From positions 3,624-67,623 of the forward strand of contig DDXO01000013.1 of assembly GCA_002347155.1 (NCBI GenBank): a stretch of 64,000 bases of DNA, read 5' to 3'. The DNA comes from a candidate division WOR-3 bacterium UBA2258 (GTDB lineage Bacteria; Hydrothermota; Tepidihabitantia; Tepidihabitantales; Tepidihabitantaceae). Every line of letters starts with the position of its first letter. The stretch's first letter is position 1. A program made the translations under genes and the position numbers. Below the pieces are notes generated by a model. The model ran no database searches. It saw only the letters and a list, made by a program, of their open reading frames with translations, and had not been told where the DNA came from. Of the stretch, positions 19,248-29,648 are shown piece by piece.

Positions 19248-20669
19248 CTACCTGGCCGGGGCGAGGCCGAACTCTTTGACCTTGATGCCGATCTTCCCGA
19301 CCAGGCCGAGAATCTCGGCCTGTTCGCTGAGTTCGCCCTGGGCGAGCTTGAAGTGCAGGGCGCTGGCCGGGCACTCACCGAACGTCGCGTCGACCGGTAC
19401 CCACCTGCCGAGATAGACCTCGTTCCATGCGTGGTAGTAGAAGGCCCGGTTCATGTACAGAAGTCCGACCGCGACCCGCGTCGGGATACCTGCTGCCCGG
19501 GCCAAAGCGGCGAAGAGAACCGCGTGCTCGTTGCAGTCGCCCTTCAGGGTCTTGAGCACGTCGAGCGCATTCGGATACGAGGCAGTCGTCTGCTTCTCGA
19601 CCACGGTGAAGACCCACGAGACCAGCTTGCGGGTCGCCGCCACCGCGTCCTTTTCGTCACCGATGGCCTCTTTCACCCTGGCCTTGATTTCGGGCGCGTC
19701 GCTCTGGATTGTGACCGACGGCTTCAGGAACTCGCTCTCTGCCACGAGGGGAAGCGGCACCGGTTCGGACGGAAGTGCCGGCGTCTTGATTTCGACCACC
19801 AGCGGGCTGGTGCTCGTGACCTGTTGTCCCGGCCCGGTCAGTTCGTACTCCCTGGGGTCGATGCCGGTGACATCGAGTTCGAGGTGAGTGACTGCCGCTC
19901 CCTCCGGGATCTGGGTGTCTACCTGCACGCGGAACACCGTCAGGACGTCGAACTTCTGGCCCTCGGGCTCGGTCTTGAGCACCTTATCGGCCGTCGTCCG
20001 CTCCGACCGTATGCCCGGATCCGAGGTCTCGACTATCGCCATGCCCCGGTCGTCGACCCAGGTCGTCACCGTAGTCTTAGTCATCCTGGTCGTAAACTTG
20101 GTCGCCTGGTACTCCTGGCCGCCGGCTTTGACCTTCTCGCGACCCCAGACTTTGACCTCCGCCCGGGAGACGCCCATCACTGCCGCATCAAAGACGTCGA
20201 CATTGTACATCGAATCCGGCTTGAGCTTACGGACAACGAGGTAGCGGCCCAGGGCTGACGAGGGATAGACCGGGCCCGTGAGCTGGATACTGCGCTCCTC
20301 TTTGGAGCCGGGGGCCGTTATCCACAGCACGTTGTCCGCCACCCGGCCCTTCACCGCGAAGGAGCTGTTCTGGGATGAGAACGTGAACGAGAATTTCCGG
20401 AGTGCCAGGTCCGGACCGGTGTGCGCTTCCGAGTGCGACTGGACCTGCTGCTCCCTGCCGGCCATCGCCAGCGTCATCTTGATGAAACTCTCGAACCGGT
20501 ACCCGCCGGGAGACTGGTCGAACCGGTAGACTGAGTAACCGACCCTCTGGCCTTCAATGGTCGACGAGAGCCACACCTCGGCACTCTGCGTGCCCTGGAT
20601 GTTTGTCTTCGCGCCACCGCATCCGGACGCAAGAACGGCCACAACCGCGAGAATAAGAGAGGTCCGCAT
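19248..20669 (-). CDS. Lipoprotein with a transglutaminase-like cysteine protease domain
   Basis: Start trimmed to the lipobox MRTSLILAVVAVLASGC. Cys-His-Asp core LKGDCNEHAVLFAALARAAGIPTRVAVGLLY…YHAWNEVYLGRWVPVDATFGE. The upstream portion of the track ORF overlaps rnfC. Confidence 0.7.
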   Translation of the reverse strand: MRTSLILAVVAVLASGCGGAKTNIQGTQSAEVWLSSTIEGQRVGYSVYRFDQSPGGYRFESFIKMTLAMAGREQQVQSHSEAHTGPDLALRKFSFTFSSQNSSFAVKGRVADNVLWITAPGSKEERSIQLTGPVYPSSALGRYLVVRKLKPDSMYNVDVFDAAVMGVSRAEVKVWGREKVKAGGQEYQATKFTTRMTKTTVTTWVDDRGMAIVETSDPGIRSERTTADKVLKTEPEGQKFDVLTVFRVQVDTQIPEGAAVTHLELDVTGIDPREYELTGPGQQVTSTSPLVVEIKTPALPSEPVPLPLVAESEFLKPSVTIQSDAPEIKARVKEAIGDEKDAVAATRKLVSWVFTVVEKQTTASYPNALDVLKTLKGDCNEHAVLFAALARAAGIPTRVAVGLLYMNRAFYYHAWNEVYLGRWVPVDATFGECPASALHFKLAQGELSEQAEILGLVGKIGIKVKEFGLAPAR

Positions 20670-20727
20670 GGTATGAGAGTAGTAGAACCGGGTTCGGCTG
20701 TCAATCAGCGACGGTTCGGGCCGGCTT

Positions 20728-20762
20728 CTTGACAACCGGAGCACTCCCGCTACAATTCCCGC
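20728..20762 (+). promoter_or_regulatory. rnf operon promoter: TTGACA, 17-bp spacer, TACAAT
   Basis: Sequence cTTGACAaccggagcactcccgcTACAATtcc just upstream of the rnfC ATG at 20769. Confidence 0.4.
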
Positions 20763-20768
20763 CGTCCA

Positions 20769-22079
20769 ATGCTGACATTCCGCGGCGGAGTCCATCCTCG
20801 TGAGAGCAAGGAAGCCACCGAACACAAACCGGTGGAGGTACTTCCCCTGCCCGCGCGGGTCTTCATCCCGTTGTCCCAGCACACGGGCGCGCCGTCCAGT
20901 CCGGTCATCAAGAAGGGCGACCCGGTGAAGACCGGAACGCTTATCGGCGAGCCGGCGGGCCGCATCTCGGCCGCGACCCACGCCTCCGTATCCGGCACGG
21001 TAGCGGACGTGGCCGACCTGCCGCACCCGCTCACCGGTCGCCGCGGCCCGACCGTGATTGTCGACTCAGACGGAACCGACACGCCGGACGGCGCCATCAA
21101 GGAACGCGACTACTCCAGGTTCACAAACGAGCAGATAGTAGAGGCACTCCGCCTCTCCGGCGTGGTCGGCCTGGGCGGAGCGGCCTTTCCGACTTACTTC
21201 AAGCTCGCACCACCGAAGGAGAAGCCGATTGACACGCTGCTCATCAACGGCTGCGAGTGCGAACCCTTCCTGACCGCTGACCACCGCCTGATGCTCGAGC
21301 AGCCGGCCGAGATCGTCGAGGGCGTCGCCATAATGTCCAGGCTCCTCGGCGTGAAGAACGTCCTCATCGCCATCGAGGACAACAAGCCCGATGCGGTAAA
21401 GACCATGTCTTCGGCGGCCGCGTCTTCAGGCTTCAAGGCAAGAAAGCTCAAGACCAGGTACCCTCAGGGCGCGGAAAAGCAGCTCATCAAAGCCTGCGTC
21501 AGGCGCGAGGTGCCGTCCGGGGGCCTGCCGATGGACGTCGGCTGCGTCGTGCAGAACGTGGGCACCGCACTCGCGGTGCGGGACGCCCTGCGCTTCAACC
21601 GACCCCTCTACGAACGCGTCACGACCGTAACCGGTCCCGCTGTCAAAGAACCAAAGAACCTGCGCGTCCGGGTCGGCACGCCGGTGAAGAACCTGATTGA
21701 GTTCTGCGGCGGGTATTCAGCCGAAGTCGGCAAGCTGATCATGGGTGGACCGATGATGGGCATCGCGGTCAGCACCGATGAGGTGCCCGTGCTCAAGGGT
21801 ACATCCGGCGTGCTCGTCCTTGACCGCGCGGCGACGGTATTCAAGGAGCACGACTGCATTCGCTGCGGACGCTGCATCGAGGCGTGCCCGATGGGCCTGG
21901 CCCCGCAGTGCCTCAACAACCTCATCCGGCGCGGCAAGCTGGAACAGGCCAGGGCCGAGCATTTGAAGGACTGCATCGAATGCGGTTGCTGCGCCTACGC
22001 CTGCCCGGCGAAGATAAGATTGGTCCACCACTTCAAGTACGCCAAATCTGAACTCGCGGCGATGGAACGGAAACAGTGA
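20769..22079 (+). CDS. rnfC: Rnf electron transport complex subunit C
   Basis: NADH-binding domain plus two 4Fe-4S motifs, CIRCGRCIEACP and CIECGCCAYACP. Confidence 0.85.
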   Translation: MLTFRGGVHPRESKEATEHKPVEVLPLPARVFIPLSQHTGAPSSPVIKKGDPVKTGTLIGEPAGRISAATHASVSGTVADVADLPHPLTGRRGPTVIVDSDGTDTPDGAIKERDYSRFTNEQIVEALRLSGVVGLGGAAFPTYFKLAPPKEKPIDTLLINGCECEPFLTADHRLMLEQPAEIVEGVAIMSRLLGVKNVLIAIEDNKPDAVKTMSSAAASSGFKARKLKTRYPQGAEKQLIKACVRREVPSGGLPMDVGCVVQNVGTALAVRDALRFNRPLYERVTTVTGPAVKEPKNLRVRVGTPVKNLIEFCGGYSAEVGKLIMGGPMMGIAVSTDEVPVLKGTSGVLVLDRAATVFKEHDCIRCGRCIEACPMGLAPQCLNNLIRRGKLEQARAEHLKDCIECGCCAYACPAKIRLVHHFKYAKSELAAMERKQ

Positions 22080-23188
22080 GCGAGAACGAAAAGGCAAAGG
22101 CTGAGGCAAAGGTGAAGACACAGATTTCCATCTCCGCTCACTCCTCCTCTACCCCGACCTCTGCCTCCACCTCCACCTCTCTCTTCGTGGTTGCCGCCTC
22201 TCCCCACGTCCGGTCCCGGGCCACGGTGAACCGCATCATGTGGCTGGTAGTGATTGCGTTGCTCCCGGCTCTCGGCGGCTCGGTCTACTTCTTCGGACTG
22301 AAGTCACTCCTGCTCGTTGCGCTTTGCGTAGTGTCGGCCATGCTGTCCGACGCACTTGCTCAGAAAGCGTTCGGCCGCAAGATGACCCCGCTGGACGGTT
22401 CCGCGGTCATCACCGGGCTTCTGCTCGCCTACAACCTACCGCCGGGCGTCCCGCTCTGGATGCCGGTCGTCGGCGCCGCCTTCGCGACCGTTGTGGTCAA
22501 GCAGTTCTTCGGCGGGCTCGGGCATAACTTCGTTAACCCGGCACTGGCGGCCCGCGCCTTCATGATGGTGTCGTGGCCGACGCAGATGACTTCCCTCTGG
22601 GTCGCACCGCGCGGAAACCCGCTCTCCGGACTGGACGCCGTGACCGGTGCGACTCCCCTTGCCCTTGTCCGCCGCGCCTCCGAGGTAGCGCCCGCCGGGA
22701 TGGACCCGGCCGAACTCCTCCGCCAGGCCAACTCACTGCCGCTGCTCAAGGACCTCTTCTTCGGCAACGTCGGCGGCTGCCTGGGCGAGACCTCGGCAAT
22801 GCTCCTGCTCATCGGCGCGCTGTTCCTCATCGCTATCCGCGTAGTTGACTGGCGTATCCCGGCCGCGTTCATCGGCACGGTCATTGTGCTGGCGCTGGTG
22901 CTCCCCGGCAGCCAGTTGAGGCCCTGGTTCCACGTCTTCTCCGGCGGCACCATCCTCGGCGCCTTCTTTATGGCTACCGACTACGTGACCGTACCGATAA
23001 CCACCAGGGGACGTGTGATATTCGGCATCGGTTGCGGCATCATTACGATGCTCATAAGGTTGTACGGCGGTTACCCGGAAGGCTGTTCTTATTCAATACT
23101 GCTGATGAACGTCGCCACGCCGCTCATCGACCGGCTCACCCGGCCGCGGCTGTTCGGGGCGCTGCCGCGCGCGAGAAAGGCGGCCTGA
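22076..23188 (+). CDS. rnfD: Rnf complex subunit D (NqrB family)
   Basis: Polytopic membrane protein. 4-bp overlap with rnfC. Confidence 0.85.
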   Translation: MSENEKAKAEAKVKTQISISAHSSSTPTSASTSTSLFVVAASPHVRSRATVNRIMWLVVIALLPALGGSVYFFGLKSLLLVALCVVSAMLSDALAQKAFGRKMTPLDGSAVITGLLLAYNLPPGVPLWMPVVGAAFATVVVKQFFGGLGHNFVNPALAARAFMMVSWPTQMTSLWVAPRGNPLSGLDAVTGATPLALVRRASEVAPAGMDPAELLRQANSLPLLKDLFFGNVGGCLGETSAMLLLIGALFLIAIRVVDWRIPAAFIGTVIVLALVLPGSQLRPWFHVFSGGTILGAFFMATDYVTVPITTRGRVIFGIGCGIITMLIRLYGGYPEGCSYSILLMNVATPLIDRLTRPRLFGALPRARKAA

Positions 23189-23724
23189 TGCTCCAGAGCA
23201 AGACCTGGATGGTGCTGTCGCTCGTGCTGACCTGCATAGTCGCGGCGATTGCGCTCTCCCAGGTGTACGGAGTAACCAAGCCGCTGATCGACAGCCAGGC
23301 CGCAGACGCCCTGAAAGCCTCGCTCTCCGAAGTACTGCCGGGCGCGGCCGACTTCTCGGAGCTGGAGCCGGGAACGGTCTGGTCTGCAACCGACGCCGCG
23401 GGCAACCGAATCGGCATCGTCTTCAAGAGCACGCCGCGCGGCTACGGCGGCCCGATTACCGTGGTCGTCGGCGTCGACACGACCGGCCGGATTGCCGGGC
23501 TGGGCATCGGCGCGGACATGAAGGAAACACCCGGCCTCGGCCTCAGGGCCAGGGAGGCGTGGTTCCTCGACCAGTTCCGGGGCAGGACCGAAAGCGAGGT
23601 CACCATGAAGCGTGACAACGGCACGCTCGACGCCATATCGGCGGCCACCATCACCTCGCGCGCGGTCGCGAACGGAGTCCGCGAGGGCATGGCCGACTAC
23701 ATCCACTACCTGACTTCGAAATGA
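23188..23724 (+). CDS. rnfG: Rnf complex subunit G (FMN-binding)
   Basis: Start at MLQSKTWMVLSLVLTCIV, with TGATG overlapping the rnfD stop. FMN-binding motif SAATITSRAV. Confidence 0.8.
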   Translation: MLQSKTWMVLSLVLTCIVAAIALSQVYGVTKPLIDSQAADALKASLSEVLPGAADFSELEPGTVWSATDAAGNRIGIVFKSTPRGYGGPITVVVGVDTTGRIAGLGIGADMKETPGLGLRAREAWFLDQFRGRTESEVTMKRDNGTLDAISAATITSRAVANGVREGMADYIHYLTSK

Positions 23725-24329
23725 GCGCCCCCTCCCGCTGGAAGTACTTCGCCGACGGCATCATCAAAGAGAACCCGGTGCTCATCCTGATGATCGGCCT
23801 CTGCCCCACGCTGGCAACCAGTGTGTCGGCACGTGACGCGCTGGGCATGGCGGCAGCCGTGACGTTCGTGCTCATCGGCTCGAACGTGGTCGTCTCGCTC
23901 ATCCGCAAGGTCGTCCCCGGCTCGGTCCGCATCCCGATCTTCATAATCATCATCTCCACGTTCGTAACCATCATCGACTACGTGCTGCAGGCCTACCAGC
24001 CCGCGCTCTACCGCGTGCTCGGTGTCTTCGTACCGCTGATTGTCGTCAATTGCATCATCCTCGGCCGCGCCGAAGCCTTTGCCTACGGCCATGGGGTATT
24101 CGACTCCCTGCTCGACGCCCTCGGCAAATCGGCGGGCTACGCCCTGGTGATGCTCGTGATGGGCAGCGTCCGCGAGATATTCGCCGCCGGCACCTGGTTC
24201 GGCTACGCGGTCACGCCGGCCTGGTTCCGGGCCGCGCCGGTGCTGTTCATGATCTTCCCGCCCGGCGCGTTCTTCCTCATCGGCATCCTCAAGGGCATTG
24301 TCAACCGGCTGACCGCCGGCAGAGTCTAG
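23721..24329 (+). CDS. rnfE: Rnf complex subunit E
   Basis: NqrD/RnfE-type membrane protein, LILMIGLCPTLATS. Confidence 0.85.
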   Translation: MSAPSRWKYFADGIIKENPVLILMIGLCPTLATSVSARDALGMAAAVTFVLIGSNVVVSLIRKVVPGSVRIPIFIIIISTFVTIIDYVLQAYQPALYRVLGVFVPLIVVNCIILGRAEAFAYGHGVFDSLLDALGKSAGYALVMLVMGSVREIFAAGTWFGYAVTPAWFRAAPVLFMIFPPGAFFLIGILKGIVNRLTAGRV

Positions 24330-24338
24330 GAGGCAGAC

Positions 24339-24923
24339 ATGAACCCGGCAAAAATCCTGATGGGCGCATTCCTGGTGAACAACATCATCCTGATGCGCTT
24401 CATCGGGCTCTGCCCATTCTTCGGGGTCTCGACATCGCTCGACACATCAATCGGGATGAGCGCGGCGGTCCTGTTCGTGATGATGCTCGCCACCTGGGTC
24501 TCCTGGCTGCTCTATCACGTCCTGCTGCTTCCGCTTGGGCTTGTCTTCCTCCGCACCGCGGTCTTTATCCTCGTCATTGCGGGCCTGGTCCAGTTTGTCG
24601 AAATGGTACTGAAGAAGTACGTGCGCGGGCTCTACTCCTCTCTCGGCATCTACCTGCCGCTTATCACCACCAACTGCGCCATCCTTGGTGTCACCTTCCT
24701 GAACATCGACTACCGGTTCGACCTTCTCCAGTCCACTCTCTTTGCGGTCGGCACCGCGCTCGGTTTCGCGCTCGCCATCATGCTCTTCGCCGCCATCCGG
24801 GAACGGCTCGAGGACTCCCCGATATCGCCGTCGTTCAGAGGCTACCCGATTGCCTTTGTCGGCGCGTCGCTGGTGTCGCTCGCGTTCCTCGGCTTCACCT
24901 CCCTGTTCGGGATTTCCCTCTAG
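24339..24923 (+). CDS. rnfA: Rnf complex subunit A
   Basis: NqrE/RnfA-type, ILMRFIGLCPFFGVS. Confidence 0.85.
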   Translation: MNPAKILMGAFLVNNIILMRFIGLCPFFGVSTSLDTSIGMSAAVLFVMMLATWVSWLLYHVLLLPLGLVFLRTAVFILVIAGLVQFVEMVLKKYVRGLYSSLGIYLPLITTNCAILGVTFLNIDYRFDLLQSTLFAVGTALGFALAIMLFAAIRERLEDSPISPSFRGYPIAFVGASLVSLAFLGFTSLFGISL

Positions 24924-24929
24924 CCGACC

Positions 24930-25946
24930 ATGGACTGGACACTGGTCCTGATATCGGTCGCGGGCCTCGGCGGGCTCGGGCTCCTCATCGGGATCGTGCT
25001 GGCCATCGCCTCGGCCAAGCTGGCCGTCAAGGTCGATGAACGCGAGGCCGCTGTGCGCGCGGTCCTGCCCGGGGCCAACTGCGGCGCCTGCGGGTTCCCC
25101 GGCTGCGACGGCTACGCGGCCGCGGTCGCATCCGGCTCGGCTCCGCTCAACAAGTGCTCGGTGGGCGGCGCCAATGTTGCGCGCAGCATCGGCGAGATCA
25201 TGGGACAGGAAGCCGGAGCGGTCGAACCCATGGTGGCGGTCCTTGTCTGCCGCGGCGGCAGGGACGTGGCTCCGTCCCGGTTCCAATACAAGGGTGCTTC
25301 CGACTGCCGCCAGGCCGCCCTGCTGCTCGGCGGACCCAAGGCCTGCGTCTACGGCTGCGTCGGCCTGGGCAATTGCGCCAGGGTTTGCCCGTTCGGCGCC
25401 ATCACGATGAGCCCGAACAACCTGCCGGTCATAGACGAGAAGAAGTGCACCGGGTGCGGCAACTGCGTCCGGGGCTGCCCCAAGGGCACGCTGCTGCTCG
25501 TCCCCCGGTCCAAGCTCGTCGTCCTCGCCTGCGTATCCCACGACAAGGGCAGGGCGGTGAAGGACGTCTGCAAAGTCGGCTGCATCGCCTGCGGCCTCTG
25601 CGCCAAGGTCTGCCCGACCCAGGCGCTGACGATGGTGAACAACCTGCCCGTTATGGACTATTCCAAGTGCATCGACTGCGGAATCTGCGTCCACAGGTGC
25701 CCGACCAGGTCATTCATCGACCGGGCACCGGGCCGGCCCAAGGCCGTCATCAACCCGCGGTGCACGGGCTGCCAGGCCTGCGTCAAAGTCTGCCAGTTCA
25801 AGGCAATCGAGGGCGAGTCTGGCGAGCAGCACAAAGTCACAGCCGGCAAATGCATCGGTTGCGGCGAGTGCCGCAAAGTCTGTCCGGCCGAGGCAATCGA
25901 CATGGTCGGCGCCCTCGGGCACTCCCACAGAGGCAAAGAGGGATGA
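24930..25946 (+). CDS. rnfB: Rnf complex subunit B (polyferredoxin)
   Basis: N-terminal TM segment, the CGACGFPGC cluster and multiple CxxCxxCxxxCP ferredoxin motifs. Confidence 0.85.
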   Translation: MDWTLVLISVAGLGGLGLLIGIVLAIASAKLAVKVDEREAAVRAVLPGANCGACGFPGCDGYAAAVASGSAPLNKCSVGGANVARSIGEIMGQEAGAVEPMVAVLVCRGGRDVAPSRFQYKGASDCRQAALLLGGPKACVYGCVGLGNCARVCPFGAITMSPNNLPVIDEKKCTGCGNCVRGCPKGTLLLVPRSKLVVLACVSHDKGRAVKDVCKVGCIACGLCAKVCPTQALTMVNNLPVMDYSKCIDCGICVHRCPTRSFIDRAPGRPKAVINPRCTGCQACVKVCQFKAIEGESGEQHKVTAGKCIGCGECRKVCPAEAIDMVGALGHSHRGKEG

Positions 25947-26192
25947 AGGCTTGATCCATCGGTCCCTCTATCCCCATCCTTCCTCCCTCCTCCCTGCCTC
26001 CATTTGACATCTATAGACCCGTTGTTAATATCGTTCGCCGGGCACGGGGGACCTGTATCCGGCGCAAGAGAGCAGAGCAAGGTCCCGTAACCGCTTGAGA
26101 AGCGTACGCGAGGTCCACGTGTGTATACGCCTGAGCAGACCGCAGGCTGGTCCCGTAGCGAGTCCCAAGCAAGAAACGACCGGAGGAACGAA

Positions 26193-26534
26193 ATGGCAAA
26201 GCGCATATTCGTGGGCAACCTGCCCTTCAGCGCTAGCGAGGACCAACTGCGCGGCCTCTTCGGCGCGCACGGCGAGGTCGCGTCGGTCAACATCATCACC
26301 GACAAGTTCACGAACCGCTCGCGCGGGTTCGCCTTCGTGGAGATGAGCGACGACGCGGCAGCGGCAGCGGCAATCGCCGCCCTGAACCAGTACCAACTCG
26401 ACGGCCGAGCCCTGACCGTCAACGAGGCCCGCGAGCGGTCCGAAGGCGGTCCGCGCGGCGGCTTCGGAGGACAGGGACGCGGCCCGCGCCGGGGCCGGGA
26501 CGAGAAGCGGGACTTCAACCGCCCGCGCTGGTAG
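26193..26534 (+). CDS. RRM-type RNA-binding protein with a Gly/Arg-rich tail
   Basis: RNP motifs IFVGNLPF and RGFAFVEM. C-terminal RGG-rich tail. GGAGG ribosome-binding site at 26183. Confidence 0.8.
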   Translation: MAKRIFVGNLPFSASEDQLRGLFGAHGEVASVNIITDKFTNRSRGFAFVEMSDDAAAAAAIAALNQYQLDGRALTVNEARERSEGGPRGGFGGQGRGPRRGRDEKRDFNRPRW

Positions 26535-26551
26535 TTCTCGCCGATTCTCAA

Positions 26552-26583
26552 GCGGGCGGGCGCAGGCCCGCCCGCGCTCTTTA
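26552..26583 (+). terminator. Hairpin GCGGGCGGGC-GCAG-GCCCGCCCGC followed by CTCTTT
   Basis: Perfect 10-bp stem directly after the RRM gene stop. Confidence 0.5.
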
Positions 26584-26720
26584 CCTCTACCTTTGCCCTC
26601 ACCTTTGCCTTTACCTTCCTCCCTCCCACATCGGCCGCTGTTGACTTTCACGCGCCCGCCCCTAAGATGCAATAGTTTGCACATTCAGTCGACTCAACCC
26701 AACCACCGGAGGTCACGCCT

Positions 26721-27692
26721 ATGAAACTGATCGAGTCGGGCACGAGCGAGCTGTTCCAGCCGCCGGACCCGGATGGGTTCCGCGAGTGGGTCCACGCGCG
26801 GAAGAACACGAAGATGGTGGACAAGGTCATGACCGAGCAGGAAGCGGTCGCCAGGTTCGTCGCCGACGGCGACTACATCGGAACCGAGCTCTACGGCACG
26901 GTGCGCGCGCCGATGTCGATCGTCCGCGAGACCATCCGGCAGGGCAAGAAGCACCTGCGCGTGGCCGGGCAGGGCATCCACGAGATTGACCTTTTGCTTG
27001 CCGCCGACCTGGTGGACGCGCTCGACATCACCTACATCGCCTGGGAAGTCTACGGCATTTCGTCCTGCCTCCGCCGCGCAGTCGAGTCCGGCCGGGTAAA
27101 GACGGCCGACTGGTCCAACGGCGGCATCACCTGGCGGTTCAAAGCCGCGGCCATGGGTGTACCCTTCCTGCCCATCCGCTCCATGCTCGGTACCGACACC
27201 TTCAAGTACTCCGCTGCCAAAGCAGTTGAAGACCCGTTCACCGGCAAACCGGTCTGCCTGGTCCCGGCGCTCTTCCTCGACGTCGGCCTGATTCACGTCC
27301 ACAAAGCGGACAGGTACGGCAACTGCCGGGTCGAAGGCATCTCCGGCTTCGTCCACGAGATGTCACGTGCTTCCAAGAAACTCATCGTCTCGGCCGAAGA
27401 GATCGTCTCCACCGACGAAATCCGGAAGTACCCTGAGCAGACGGTCATCCCCTACTACCTGGTCGATGCCGTGGTCGACGCGAAGTACGGATCTCACCCC
27501 GGCGAGATGTGCTACCGCTACTGGCGCGACGGTGAGCACCTGCAGGCATTCCTCAAGGACTCGGCCGACCCGGTCAAGACCAAAGCCTACCTCGACAAAT
27601 GGGTCTACGGCCCGAAGAATCATGCTGAGTACGTGAACCTGGTCGGTATCGACCGGCTGAAACAGCTCGAGTCGGAAATCGGAGGCAGGTAA
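26721..27692 (+). CDS. CoA-transferase subunit A (glutaconate CoA-transferase GctA-like)
   Basis: 323 aa. N-terminal region MKLIESGTSELFQPPDPDGF…VADGDYIG matches family I CoA-transferase alpha subunits. TTGACT-N17-TAAGAT promoter at 26641. Confidence 0.7.
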   Translation: MKLIESGTSELFQPPDPDGFREWVHARKNTKMVDKVMTEQEAVARFVADGDYIGTELYGTVRAPMSIVRETIRQGKKHLRVAGQGIHEIDLLLAADLVDALDITYIAWEVYGISSCLRRAVESGRVKTADWSNGGITWRFKAAAMGVPFLPIRSMLGTDTFKYSAAKAVEDPFTGKPVCLVPALFLDVGLIHVHKADRYGNCRVEGISGFVHEMSRASKKLIVSAEEIVSTDEIRKYPEQTVIPYYLVDAVVDAKYGSHPGEMCYRYWRDGEHLQAFLKDSADPVKTKAYLDKWVYGPKNHAEYVNLVGIDRLKQLESEIGGR

Positions 27693-28456
27693 TGGCAGCC
27701 TACAACGAATCCGAGTTTCTCATCTGCCTCGCCTCCAAGCTGATGGAAGACGGCACGACCGCGTTCGTCGGCACCGGCATCCCGATGCTGGCCGGGGCGC
27801 TGGCGAAGCGGATGCACGCACCGAACCTCGTCCCCATTTTCGAGTTCGGCGGCACCGGCGCGTCCCTTGAGAAGCTGCCGCTCGGCGTCGGCGACTCGCG
27901 CACGTTCCACAAGGCCGTTGCCGCCTCCGGCATCTGCGACATCATGGAGACGGCTACCCGCGGGTTCATCGAGTACGGTTTTCTCGGGGGCGCCCAGATC
28001 GACGCCTTCGGCAACCTGAACACGACGGTCATCGGCAGGTACTGGCCGCCCAAGGTTCGTCTGCCCGGCTCGGGCGGCGCCAATGACGTCGCCTCCTTCT
28101 GCTGGAAGACGATAGTCATCATGCGCAAGCACGATACGCGCTCGTTCGTGCCCAAGGTGGATTTCGTGACCACGCCCGGCTACCTGACCGGTCCGGGCGC
28201 GCGCGAGCGGGCCGGGCTCCCGCCCGGAGCCGGCCCCTATCGAGTGGTCACGAACCTCGCATTGATGGACTTCGAGCCGACCTCCAGGCGCATGCGACTC
28301 ATCGCCACTCATCCGGACGTGAAGGCCGAAGATGTGGTCAAGGCCACCGGGTTCGAACTGCTCGTCGCCGACAAGGTCGGCGTCAATCCGGAGCCGACCG
28401 AGAAAGAACTCCGGCTCCTGCGCGAGGAAATCGACAAAGACAGATACTACATATAG
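27692..28456 (+). CDS. CoA-transferase subunit B (GctB-like)
   Basis: 254 aa. ATGG overlap with subunit A. Sequence FVGTGIPMLAGALAKRM…GGAQIDAFGNLNTTVIG. Confidence 0.7.
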   Translation: MAAYNESEFLICLASKLMEDGTTAFVGTGIPMLAGALAKRMHAPNLVPIFEFGGTGASLEKLPLGVGDSRTFHKAVAASGICDIMETATRGFIEYGFLGGAQIDAFGNLNTTVIGRYWPPKVRLPGSGGANDVASFCWKTIVIMRKHDTRSFVPKVDFVTTPGYLTGPGARERAGLPPGAGPYRVVTNLALMDFEPTSRRMRLIATHPDVKAEDVVKATGFELLVADKVGVNPEPTEKELRLLREEIDKDRYYI

Positions 28457-28496
28457 GCGAAGTCAGAATGCAGAAATCAGATACCAGAAGTCAGAA

Positions 28497-29648
28497 TTGC
28501 GAACCGGAGGTGCAGCCATAGTACTCGCAGAGCGATACCAGCGGTTCCGCCGGGACGCCCGCGCCTTCTGCCGCGAGGTTATCGAACCGCGGGCGACCAG
28601 GCACGACGAGACCGGCGAGTTTGTGAAGGACAACGTCCAGGCCATGGCCGAGCGCGGCTGGCTCGGCATCCCCTGGCCCAAAGAACTCGGCGGCATGGGC
28701 CTCGACTACCAGTCCTACGTAATCGCAGTCGAAGAGGTTTCGCGGGTCTGCGCCTCGACCGGCCTGACCCTCGCCGCCCACACCTCGCTCGGGACCTACC
28801 CCATCTACAAGTTCGGCACAACCGAGCAGAAAGAAAAGTACATCCCGCTCTTGAGCAGGGGCGTCTATCTCGGCGCGTTCGGACTCACCGAGCCCAACGC
28901 CGGCTCCGATGCCGCGGGTATCGAGTCGTCCGCAAAGAAGACCGACCAGGGCTTTCTCATCAACGGCAGCAAACGCTACATCACTTCGGCGAGCTTCGCC
29001 GGCACCGTCATCGTCGCCGCGACGCTCGACCGCAAGCTCGGCCGCAAAGGCATCACCTGCTTCATCGTTGAAACCAAGACCCCGGGATTCAGTGTCCCAT
29101 CGGTGGAGCACAAACTGGGACTGAAAGGCTCGGACACTGCCGAACTGGTATTCGAAGGGATGCTCGTACCGTTCGACAGCGTCCTCGGCAAAGAGTACGA
29201 CGGGTACCGCATCTTCATGGAGACGCTCGATGGCGGCCGCATCTCCATCGGCGCCTTCTGCCTCGGCATGGCCCAGTGCGCGCTCGACACGATGATTACC
29301 TGGTTTCAGGACCGCGAGATGACCCAGCTTGAATCAAGCGCGCTCGCCGACGTCGCGGTCCAGGTCGAGGCCGCGCGGCTCCTCGTCTACAACGCGGCCC
29401 AGATCAAGGACACGGGCGTGCGCGTGGACAAGGAATGCGCCTTTGCCAAGCTCTTCGCATCCGAGGTCGCGATCCGGGCCTGCGGCACGGCAATTGACGC
29501 CATCGGCCCGCTCGCGATTACCGACGACATGCCGGTGGCCCGCGCCTACCGCGACGCCAAGCTCGGCGAAATCGGCGAGGGCACGTCCGAGGTAATGCGC
29601 ATGATTATCGCCAAAGACGTTATCAAAGAAGCGAAAGAAGCGTGCTAG
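28497..29648 (+). CDS. Acyl-CoA dehydrogenase. The start is uncertain (TTG at 28497; no in-frame ATG/GTG before the conserved N-terminus)
   Basis: ACAD motifs …YLGAFGLTEPNAGSDAAGIESSAKK… and the C-terminal …YRDAKLGEIGEGTSEVMRMIIA. Confidence 0.7.
   Translation: MRTGGAAIVLAERYQRFRRDARAFCREVIEPRATRHDETGEFVKDNVQAMAERGWLGIPWPKELGGMGLDYQSYVIAVEEVSRVCASTGLTLAAHTSLGTYPIYKFGTTEQKEKYIPLLSRGVYLGAFGLTEPNAGSDAAGIESSAKKTDQGFLINGSKRYITSASFAGTVIVAATLDRKLGRKGITCFIVETKTPGFSVPSVEHKLGLKGSDTAELVFEGMLVPFDSVLGKEYDGYRIFMETLDGGRISIGAFCLGMAQCALDTMITWFQDREMTQLESSALADVAVQVEAARLLVYNAAQIKDTGVRVDKECAFAKLFASEVAIRACGTAIDAIGPLAITDDMPVARAYRDAKLGEIGEGTSEVMRMIIAKDVIKEAKEAC

Noticed and set aside
24050-26684. Several long alternative-frame ORFs (24050-25039+, 24447-25694-, 25154-25954+, 25658-26629-, 26025-26684-)
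   Set aside because: All overlap the well-supported rnfE/rnfA/rnfB and RRM genes. They have the Arg/Pro/Gly-rich signatures of off-frame translation.
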